DNA of 64,000 nucleotides from Nitrospirales bacterium (lineage in GTDB: Bacteria > Nitrospirota > Nitrospiria > Nitrospirales > UBA8639), in contig CBDBCZ010000017.1 in NCBI GenBank assembly GCA_965203295.1, forward strand, positions 2,176,001 through 2,240,000, given 5' to 3'. The notes under the pieces are model-generated. The model had not been told where the DNA came from, made no database searches, and worked only from the letters and a program-made list of their open reading frames with translations. The position numbers were made by a program, and so were the translations under genes. The stretch's first letter is position 1. The number at the start of each line of letters is the position of its first letter. This document shows positions 1-9,777 of the stretch, one piece after another.

Positions 1-808
1 GGTCTTGAAAAACTAACAAAACAAGTTAGCATCAGCACCACATTACACAGAAAAGATCAATGAAGAGCAAGTCAGGATGAGATCCCTAAAAATAAGATAA
101 GAACTAGAAGTCTCTAGCAGAAACATATCCCACACTCCTGAACTCTGCAGACTGGAAACGGCATGTGGCCCCGTATACCGTGCTCGTGTAACGCCGTATA
201 CGAGTGGTAAGCGTGACTGATATAGTAATGACATGGGTGCTTCTCTACGTATACTCTAGTATGGACACGTGTCAAGAGTCTGCATATGCTGGCCTCGGTC
301 ATATTCAAAATCTTGTTCATACTAAAATGGCGGACCTTACCGATGTTGAATAAGAAAAAGTCGGACATACGGAGACAAGAATCGTTTTGGTTATTGTCAG
401 GGACACACTCGTTGGATTTCAATTATTACATCCTGCTTTGTGATTATTATAGCATCTCAATCTCCCGTTCGAAAGTTGTTTTTTTTTATGACAGATGATG
501 ACGACAGATGGACAAAACCGAATACTTAACCCCACTCACGTATACGCGGCACAGGGTAATGACACAACAGAACTTTCATGGATTACCACTACCATCCCTA
601 CAACCTGCCAACAGCACAGCACACACACACCACAAGCATGCTAACATCTGTATGGAAAATTCCAACAGTGCCACTACATGCAGTGTAGCCACTGGAGACT
701 ACATAAACAGGTTAGGTGCCACATATAGGCCCATCACAGGCCCCCAAAAATTGTAAGAGTTCAAATTATATTGGAGCAGGAACAGAACAAGGAGCCAGGT
801 TTCCTCCT

Positions 809-1027
809 TATTTAACCTAGCGTCGCCTGGGGAACCTACTCCTACGTACCTAGGCATGCTCACTGGCATTGTGGGATGGGTCATTGGGTCATCCTCCTAG
901 CACACCCCTGCCGCCGCCACCCCTAACCCTGGATAGCCAGGTGGCCCCTTCTATACCTTCCTGGCCGTCCCTGGTTCCATACCCTTGGGGGGCGGGGTGT
1001 GGGGGTCCTCGGACCCCACCCTAGGCC
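809..1027 (-). repeat. E1 terminal repeat B2 (219 bp)
   Basis: Direct repeat of 1351-1569; no mismatch seen by eye. Confidence 0.95.
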
Positions 1028-1134
1028 AGACCCGTCATGCTAGCTGACCACCGGTCAGCAAGCAGAGAAAAGAAACACCATACAAAAACAAAATAAACAA
1101 ACAACAACAACAACCAAAGGAAAAGAAAAAAAAA

Positions 1135-1353
1135 AAAATTAAACTAAGCTCAGAAAGCTAGTGATCTCACGGAGAGTGACTCAGAGAGGGAGTTTGCTGC
1201 TCTTTGTTGGCTGAACCATGTAACCGCAATGGCACGAGGCAGGCACTACGCTGCGCATGCGTGCCCCGGCGCCGGCCGCCCTCCCTATGCCCTGCCTCCT
1301 GGCGCCCGCCCCAGCCTCGCATGTTAACTCGGTTTAACTCCGTTAAACCCTAT
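1135..1353 (-). repeat. E1 internal repeat A2 (~219 bp)
   Basis: Direct repeat of 6476-6694; overlaps B1 by TAT at 1351-1353. Confidence 0.95.
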
Positions 1354-1569
1354 TTAACCTAGCGTCGCCTGGGGAACCTACTCCTACGTACCTAGGCATG
1401 CTCACTGGCATTGTGGGATGGGTCATTGGGTCATCCTCCTAGCACACCCCTGCCGCCGCCACCCCTAACCCTGGATAGCCAGGTGGCCCCTTCTATACCT
1501 TCCTGGCCGTCCCTGGTTCCATACCCTTGGGGGGCGGGGTGTGGGGGTCCTCGGACCCCACCCTAGGCC
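1351..1569 (-). repeat. E1 internal repeat B1
   Basis: Direct repeat of 809-1027. Confidence 0.95.
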
Positions 1570-1824
1570 CAAGACGCAGTCGCCCCCCAAGCCGTAGAGT
1601 AAGAGTACCTGCCCCTCTCTGTTCGCAACACGAAATTCTGTGTACCTACCACTTAACCAACCATAATAGAATAAAGTGCTTCACTGAAGTGCTTCACTGA
1701 ACATATCTAAGGATTACAGGCTGAGGGTTACCAATTGACGAACAAAATTGCAATAGAGTGTGTGGACTTATATGCATCTAAGGACTACAGGCTGAGGGCT
1801 CCAACAGTTCCTGCTGTTGAACGC

Positions 1825-2879
1825 CTATACTTTGCCTGATGCAAGCGTTCGGCTGATGCCGGCCAATTGCCGCTGAGGTAAACGAACGTAGAGCTGGTAG
1901 GCCTGGCTCTTCCACCGCCCCAGCGTCTTGATGGTGTCCACTGGCACCCCACACACTGCTGCCGTAGTGGCTGCTCCAATCCTAAAGCTGTGCCCTGCGT
2001 ACATTTCTGGCTTCAGTCCTGCCTTTGCCAGGGCTTTTCGCAGGGCTGACACCAAGCCGGTCCTCGTCAAGGCCTGGCCATCCTTGAACCGAAACAGAGG
2101 GCCCTCCCCCGGTCCTCGCATGACCAAGTAAGACAGGAGGGCACCTACTGGGCACAGCACCGTATCCGTTCTCCCTAAGAAGATGGTAACCCCGAGCCTA
2201 AAGGGGTCCGTCTTTGACTGTTTAATGCGGACCGACATGGTCTTTGGGCTCGATGGGCTGTCCACGGCAATATCCGAAAATGACAAGTGCTGACCTGGGT
2301 CAAACTTCCCGTCCTCGGGGGCAGTCATTTCCCCTGACCTCAGAAAGCCGAAAAAACCGAGGCAGCACGCTGCCCACAGCATAATGTGGTCCCAGTTGGC
2401 AGGCTGATGGTTCCATACCTGATGCAGCTTCATTAACACTGCCGGTGTAATTGGCAGGCGAGGTCGCGTCATGAGTCCTAACTGTTCCTTTTTGGCACCT
2501 CGCAGGGCCAACCCTAGCTGGGGCATATTGCCCACTTTTGGGTCTCCTCCACCACCCGACACTTGGAGGTGACGAACGGCTGAGAGGTAGGACCTGATTG
2601 TCTGATGCTTCAGCCCCCGATTAACTGCAAATGCCACAAAATGAATGAGGCCCTGCTCAGTCACGGGCAGCGGAGGGGTTCCCGTCTGCTGGCAGAATGC
2701 TAGGTATTGCTTCTTGCCTGCCAGGTAGGCCCGCTGCGTTGATGGTGCCAGGCCTGCCTGCAGAAGTCTCTGAACTGTCGGGCCCAATGAAGCGAGGTCC
2801 AATCGAGTTGCTCCCCCACCAGCAGATCCACCAGCCGTTGTGAGATGGGCGAGGGATCGTGAGCTGCATCCGGGACCAC
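1825..2879 (-). CDS. E1 tyrosine recombinase (ORF track 1825-2802, frame open up to a predicted splice acceptor at 2880)
   Basis: FFGFLRSGE (catalytic R), KQSKTDPF, GHSFRIGAA (HxxR), LGRW, YQLYVR (Tyr nucleophile); overlaps the 3' end of RT/RH in another frame. Confidence 0.95.
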
Positions 2880-4477
2880 CTGCAGGAAACGGGGGAGATC
2901 ATTTCTCGATAGCGCGTCTGCCGCCACATTGTCCACCCCGGGTATATGGGTCGCTCGGATCTGTACATGGAAGTGAGCAGCCAAGAAGAACAAGCACCGC
3001 AGCAGGTGCATTATGGTGTTATCTCGGGACCGGCCCGAGTTGACCACCATGACCACCGCCATATTGTCACAGTGGCACTCCACCCGTCGCCCCGCCCAGT
3101 GCGCCCCCCACACTGCCACCGCAAACAGAATTGGGAGGAGCTCCTTTGGTGAGATTGGCCAGGATGGGGTGGGCCCCGCCCATTCCCATTGTAACCACCA
3201 TGCACCCCAGCGGGCTCCACAGCCCCAGGTTCCCGACGCATCAGTTTCCAAGTGGATCACCGGCATTACAGGTTTTGGCATCATGGAGACTCCATTCCAC
3301 CCTTCCATGAACAGCAGCCACCACATCAAGTCCGAACGGGTGGATGCATTCAGGCGAATCCAACGGTCTCGAGTCTGAACTGTGGACAGCAGCTCGATCA
3401 GGCGGCGAACGAATGTGCGGCCTGGGCGTACCACTGTGGCTGCATGTTGTAGGTGGCCCAACAGCGATTCCAGTTCCCTTTTCTTGCATGCCTTCTTGCC
3501 CATCCACTCCTGGACCATGGCCAAGGTACGCCGCAGCTTCTCTTCCGGCAACCTCACCACCATTCGGTTTGAGTCTAGCTCGAAGCCCAGGAACACCATC
3601 GCCGCTGTTGGGCCCGCACACTTTTCCTGGGCCACTGGGACCCCCAGCTGGCGGCACACTGATAGCATGCGGTCCAGGTTGGAGCGGCACTCTTCACTGT
3701 TCGGCGCCCCCATCGTGATGAAGTCATCCAAGTAGTGCTCGACCCAGGTCACCCCCCTTCTCTGGAACGACCACTGCAGAGCATCCGCCACCGCTGAGAA
3801 TATCTTTGGGGCTGATCTCAGGCCAAACGGCAGCCGGGTATCGAAGAAGACCTCTCCCTTCCACTGCATACCCAGCAGTGGTCTGTCGCCAGGGTGAACA
3901 GGGACCATGCGGTACGCGCTTTCAATGTCCATCTTTGCGAGTAGCGCCCCTTGGCCTGCGCTGGCTATCCGCTCTACCACATCATCCAGTCGGAGGTATT
4001 GGAGGGAGCACAGTTCGGGCTCAATCCCCCCATTAACACTTTTTCCTTCTGGGCTTGAGAGGTCCACAATCAGCCTCCATTTCCCTGGCTGACTGGTCTT
4101 TGGGATCACTCCAAAGGGGCTCAGTTGGGTGCCCCTTGGGGTTCGGTCAGGGGTAACTGGGCCGACGATGCGACCCAAAGCCAGCTCCTTGTCCAAGTAG
4201 GCTTGTACCACTTCGGCGTTCTCGTTCGCTGACCGCATGTTGGATGTCGCCGGCCGACATGAGCAGTTGCTGTAGTTGAACCCAATACGGAAGCCCCGGG
4301 TAATCCCTGCCAGGATATAGTCCCGAAAGTCTCTGTCCGGGTGGTCTTCCAGCTCCCTTGCCCATTCCTGCTGCACCAGTGGGGAGGACACCACCTGCAG
4401 CCAGACCGGAACGGGTCCCCTATTGACCCTCCGATCGAATTCCAGGAGGTGCGGAGTGTATGGGTAGGGGGCACTAC
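2700..4477 (-). CDS. E1 reverse transcriptase-RNase H (ORF track 2700-4511)
   Basis: KWRLIVDLS, KMDIESAY, LPFGLRSAP, YLDDF; RNase H TDAS, KELL, CDN, NVAADALSR. Confidence 0.96.
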
Positions 4478-4830
4478 CTACATGGCAAATAGGGGCACCG
4501 AACATTAACACTGAGCCCTATTTAACCCGCTCACTATCCCTGTGCTGCCCCCTTACTCTGAAGGCCCTGCCGCCTTACCTAGCCCCGCCTCTTGCCCACC
4601 CCTTGGGCTAAGAGGTGGGCTCCCCTGGCAGCCCCGCCATCCATCCTCCCGTATGCCACCCGCTTCGACGCTACCAACATGCAACTCTTTGGAGCAAGTA
4701 TTGGTCGAAATGACATGAATGTTTCTACCAAAACACACAGGTAAACACAAACTGGGTACATAGGCAATTTCTCGCCCCTAACTCAATGGTGCGCCTGTTG
4801 CGCTGGGTCTCTTGCCCCCCCACCGCCTGT

Positions 4831-5864
4831 TCAGCGTTGATATGTGCTGCGATCTTGTGGGGGCCTGGGTGGTAGAGGACACATTGGCCGCCCATGTTCA
4901 TTCTCCACTCCGCAGTTTGAGCAGCGGTGGATGTAGGCACATTCCTTCCCGAACGGGCAGCCACCCAGTGCCTTGTTGAACCAGCGGCAGGCTCCTGATT
5001 TCTTGTCCTTCTTGGCTGGCGGCCCACCACTGGCCGGGGCTTTCGCTGCCATGCTGTCCATTGGCCGCCCACCTTTTCCCAGCACTGATGGTGGCCTCCC
5101 AATAGGTGGCTGGGTTATTGGCGGCAGGAAGTGAGGCTGGTCTTGCTTCGGCGGCGGTGGACCGGCCTGCTCAGCTAGGTCGAAGGGGTCCTGGGCCCTG
5201 CTGGGACCCGGAAGACAGGCGATGTACTGCCAGGGATCCCCACTCGTCCACTCACGGCCCTCCCTGGCTGCCATTTCCATCCGAAACTGGATGTCATACT
5301 CCAGCCATGACATGCTCTCTGGGGCCTTCTGCTGAAGCTTGAGCACTGTGTGCAGGTGGGCCACCATGCACGGAATCATGTCCGTTTTCTTCTTGGCCAT
5401 GACTGCGATGTACAGGGTGAAACACCTGATCCACGTTGAGATGGCCTGGACGCGCCGCTGCGATTTCTGGCTTTGGATCGCTTGGAATTGGTTGAGGGCC
5501 CCGACCAGGCTGTCCTGTAGCGACAGTGCTGGCTTCCCCTGCTCAGCCAGGCGGAGAGACCGGGGAGCCGGCAAGAATTCTTCCATTTCGATGAATTCAA
5601 GGTTCCAGGCCTTCTCCACCAGTTTCATGGGGAGAGTTGGGAGACCTTTCTCCACCAGGTAGCGCAGTGGCTTCCCTTCTGCCTTCTCTTTCGGGTCCGC
5701 TGTCAGTGGGAGTGCCGTCAGGAAGGGGAGGATGGAGGCAAACGGAGTCAGTGCTGCCGCGTTCTCCGTCTGCTGTTGCCCACCCCCCGTCTCGGTCGGG
5801 AATGCCGCTAGCAGCAGGTTCTGTAGCGCCTCCGCTGATGGTAACGCTCCCAGAGGCGTGACAC
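4831..5864 (-). CDS. E1 gag-like protein (ORF track 4831-5655; frame open to predicted acceptor at 5865)
   Basis: WLEYDIQFR motif shared with E2 gag (WVRYDAAYR); C-terminal Cys/His fingers CRWFN...C...C...H-CSNC...H...C. Confidence 0.85.
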
Positions 5865-6253
5865 CTGAAACCGAACAGCGAATGTGCGGGTCAGACTAAG
5901 CCCTGTGCCATCCCCCTTGACTGGAGGCTCCCTGCTCGGTCCTGCCCGGCCCCCCGCCGCTTGGCCAGTGCTGACGTGCTGGCTGCTCCCCAGGCCCCCG
6001 GCCCTCGTCTCTGGCCCCTGCGACCCATGCCGGCTGGCCTGTTCACTACTCCCTCCATGGAGCTCGGCCCCTCCTCCCGTTGCGCGGCCCCGCCCCGCCC
6101 CGCCGCCGCCGCTGCGCGCCTGGCCGGCTGGTTGCGCCCTGGGCCCCGACCCCTGTCCCTGGCCCCCCGCGCCCGAGCCCGCCGACCCCTGTGCGCCCTG
6201 GTCGGCCTGCTGCCCGACCCTCCATGCTCGCGGCCCTTCCATCCCCGGCTCAC

Positions 6254-6452
6254 CAGGCGTCTCCTTGTTGGTGTCTGCCTGCCCCGAGGTCTCGCCCCCT
6301 CCGCCGCCGGTGACCTCGACTTGGCCCCGGCCCTTGAGGGCCTTGTCGAGCATCTGCTCCATCATACCCGCGAGGGTCTTCAACTGCGTCTCCGAGAAAC
6401 CCGTACCCGTCTCGGTGCTGGTGCCGGGTGTGTCTCCTTCGGGGCTTGCCAT
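6254..6452 (-). CDS. E1 predicted leader exon (MASPEG...KETP, 66 codons + 1 nt)
   Basis: ATG at 6452 just inside A1; ends CCT G|GTGAGC (phase-1 donor); positional and partial sequence counterpart in E2. Confidence 0.7.
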
Positions 6453-6475
6453 CGGACGACCGGATAATACCAACC

Positions 6476-6694
6476 AAAATTAAACTAAGCTCAGAAAGCT
6501 AGTGATCTCACGGAGAGTGACTCAGAGAGGGAGTTTGCTGCTCTTTGTTGGCTGAACCATGTAACCGCAATGGCACGAGGCAGGCACTACGCTGCGCATG
6601 CGTGCCCCGGCGCCGGCCGCCCTCCCTATGCCCTGCCTCCTGGCGCCCGCCCCAGCCTCGCATGTTAACTCGGTTTAACTCCGTTAAACCCTAT
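6476..6694 (-). repeat. E1 terminal repeat A1 (putative promoter)
   Basis: Direct repeat of 1135-1353; contains TGCGCATGCG (6593-6602) and a TTAA cluster with hairpin. Confidence 0.95.
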
Positions 6695-8763
6695 ATATGC
6701 AGCACTTGCTCAAAATACTTGTGGGTTGCTAAAACTCTCAATATTATCATTACAGTGCATGAATATCATTAACTGCTCTGCAGCCATATTATGGCCCTAC
6801 ATTGTACAGTGGAGACTACAGCTCTGGTGCAAATACTACTAGTTCCGGTTTTGGTCAGCATAAAGTTTTGAGATTCACATGTAAGCATGATCTTACACGA
6901 GTTAATGTCTCCAGAGGAGGTTGGAAGCGGTCATGTACACTAATAGTGGAATCCAATTAGCTATGCTTTCTGATGATGTCAATAAAACGTCTTGGGCATA
7001 AAGTTTAGAGACTCACACATGTAAAGCATGAACTTGCCATGGAATTCTCAATGAACAGCATTAAAGTAAACCTCACACCGAGGCCTTTAACCTCATACTG
7101 TAGCCATGGAGAAAAATTTGGACAAAAGGACTTTGGCATGAATTGAGGAATGTCGGGTAGTTCTCAGCGGGGTGGGGGTGGGGGGGGGGGGTGGCGGTGT
7201 GGCTAGAGTCCACACATATTATTTGTCTACTTTCCATACTACAAACCAATTCTGGGTAGCAATCTAGCCAATGTGATCTACATGTACGTACAAGATCTTA
7301 TAAGTGTTCTCTCTACCCTGAGCCCCAATGTCTGTGAAGGTAGATGGGACTTAGAAAGTAGTCAGCTAACTGAATATTCAACAGTGTAGGCTGGCAGTTT
7401 AAAGCTAAATTTGTGCAAGACTCTCCCTCTTCTTATTTCATTTTTTACCCTGCACCCATATACACCAGTGGGGTTGAGCAATCTGCTGTTGTTGTACAGC
7501 TGTCCTTAAAAAAAATTCGATTTAGAGGCTCTAACAATTTCAAAACAGGATGTAACTAAAGAAATAAAAAAAATCGAGGTGTGTGTGTGTCCTGACAGTG
7601 ACCTAAGGGTTCTAGCCAGCTCTATCATATTCAATATCAGTAAGGTCTACCATTTTAATACGGTGAAGAACTCCACTAAGGCAGAGGCCAGGCACACGCG
7701 GTCTCTTGACATGTGTTCACGGAGGAGTATACACAGCGAAGTGTCTGTGTCATTACTGCGGTGATCAGTCACGCCCTACGGCAGTACATGAACACGATAT
7801 ACTTGTCCTTCATGCTGCCAATAATTTAGGTCCAGTCTTCAGAGTCCAGGAGCTTGGGGCATGTATCTGCTGAAAACATTTATTTGCTTTTTTTGTGAGG
7901 GTGGGGGGAGGGCCCGGGGAGGGTCTAGTGAGCTAGACTAAGGGTTCCCTAACCTTTCTGATCACTGCTTGTCCAGTTCAGCATGATCTCAGGTGCCCTC
8001 CACCAGCAGTCAGTCATAGCTCTCACTCACTCCTCGCTTTAGGTCCTAAGGTGGGGGAGAGGGAATATGCAATGACCAGGTCATGTGGAAGCAACTAATT
8101 ACAGCAATGGAGAGAACCAATTACTACTGAGCGATGTGAAGCAGAGTGAAGAAGTATTTGGGGTCAGATCTCTCTTAGCAATCTGTACGGTCACCATTCC
8201 ACACATACGCACTTATGCTCCCAATATCCAACAATCGCCACGAGTGCACATCCAAGTCAAGACATTCTGATCACTAACCGACAGCAAGGTAGGATCTGAG
8301 GATCCAAGAAGTTGAAGAGAGGACAGCAGAAGATACTACTGCTGCTATGGTACTTGCTAGGCAACAGTGTAAGTACCAGGAGACCCCAGAGGCTGACTGA
8401 GACCAGGCTCCAACGAGGGAGAGAGGTCAGGCACCACTGGAATAGAGTGTGCCAGAGAGAGAGAGAAGGGCAGTAGGTACCCCTCGGAAGAGAGGGAGTG
8501 TCATGCTTTAACTACGTACCAGAAATTCCAGTTTGTATGCTGGGAGTGGGAGGTGGGTGGGGGTGGGAGCCTAAGGTTAGCAAGTCACTTGTGGGTTGGC
8601 ACAGTTATCGATATTCATTCAGTCATTACTGTCTATGATCACTGTTCACTCTAAGTGGAGCCTGAGCAACAAGATATACAGTCACTGTGGACCAAGTGCC
8701 TGTTAGGAACATTACCTCAATAAATGCACACACCCGGCCTGTCATACTGATGTATACCCCAAA

Positions 8764-9777
8764 TAGCCTCGTTCCCAGTACTTTACACACCAGCTTTTAT
8801 CTCACAGCCACGGGAAAAAAGTAAGGGGGAAGGCCTGGTACCACTTATCACGTGCCGTGATGCAGGGTAGACGTTTATACCCACACAATGGTACTTACAT
8901 GCCCATGCACTACTGCTTAGCGCTTAAATTTCACAGGTCTTTAATTTCACAAATTTCGTGAATCTGCAAAATTATTTTTAATTTTGTCGCTTCCGACTTT
9001 ACACAGATGTTTCTGTTTCAGTACTTCAAGTGCCCTCGCCCGCGATTTCTGCAGCAAACAGCCAAATCACTGCTATCTGCCAGCGCGAAGGTCAGGGAGC
9101 ATACTTGAAAATGAGCACAGACAAGAAGGCCGAAATTGGACATCAAGCAGCAGAGCATGGAGTGCTAGCCACCATTCACTGCTACGCTATTGTCTGTGTG
9201 CAGTACACCCGGTTACACCCCACCCATAAATTCAGTAGTACGTGTTTAATGAATTTGCAAATTATTTAGCTATTCGCTATTTTTAGACCCACCAAATTTA
9301 AGCGCTATGTGGTAAATGAAAAACGGCATCCGTTGAGCACAGAATGACTGCAAATTGAAACTGAGGGCTGTTGACTGAGATAAACAATCCTTCGGGTAGC
9401 GATTTGTGTAAGTTCCAACTGTTCACGGCTGAAAGGGACCGTTCTAGAAGGCCTGATGGCGGGTGAGAGGCCATGACAGTGAGAGATGCTCCTACCTTTT
9501 ATCTAGCTGCCATAAGTGTGGGCTTATCGCTGCATGAAGGATCGTCTGCCTCAGTCAACAGGCCTCGGTGGTGCCATTTCTGTTGTTCTGTGCTTAACAA
9601 TGCCGATTTTGAATTACTAAGTGGGCATGTAAGTACACACGCATGTAAGTACTGTTGCATGGGCATATACGTAAGTCTACCCTACATCACGGTACGTGAT
9701 AAGTGGTACCAGGCCTTCCCCCTCGCTTTTTCCCCACGGCTGCGAGATATACAAGCTAGGGTGTGGAAATGAGGCTA
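8764..9777. mobile_element. Long-TIR non-autonomous DNA element (TAGCCTCGTT...ATGAGGCTA); paralog 29830-30842, partial copy from 33748
   Basis: About 140-bp imperfect terminal inverted repeats including AAGGCCTGGTACCACTTATCACG / CGTGATAAGTGGTACCAGGCCTT; flanking TA. Confidence 0.8.
8911..9314 (+). mobile_element. MITE nested in the previous element, Tc1/mariner-pogo-like; paralog 29977-30380
   Basis: TIRs TAGCGCTTAAATTT / AAATTTAAGCGCTA with TA ends; internal peptide remnant AYLKMSTDKKAEIGHQAAEHGVLATI. Confidence 0.75.

Larger units (their letters stand above)
809..6694 (-). mobile_element. Tyrosine-recombinase retrotransposon E1 (DIRS order, Ngaro-like), full length and apparently intact
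   Basis: gag-like, RT/RNase H and YR ORFs; split direct repeats A1(6694-6476)...B1(1569-1351)-A2(1353-1135)-B2(1027-809); no methyltransferase domain seen after RNase H; both ends confirmed by the empty site at 27741-27760. Confidence 0.95.

Noticed and set aside
1676..1800. Small direct repeats downstream of E1 YR (GTGCTTCACTGAA x2; AGGA(T/C)TACAGGCTGAGGG x2)
   Set aside because: Short local duplications with no counterpart in E2 and no evident function
1825..2802. Prophage or bacterial integrase / contamination
   Set aside because: YR overlaps a DIRS-type RT/RNase H within split direct repeats and is flanked by intron-rich eukaryotic DNA
2840..4474. Many antisense and alternate-frame ORFs over the pol genes (also 21049-22371)
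   Set aside because: Shadow ORFs of GC-rich coding sequence with no motifs
5808..6483. Long Gly/Pro-rich ORFs (221 aa minus; 199 and 168 aa plus)
   Set aside because: Very GC-rich region with few stops; only the first 66 codons from ATG 6452 have an E2 counterpart, the rest is predicted intron (an unspliced product cannot be excluded)
809..6694. LTR retrotransposon or DIRS1-type element
   Set aside because: No DDE integrase or protease, no inverted terminal repeats/ICR and no methyltransferase seen; the repeat order fits the Ngaro-type split direct repeat
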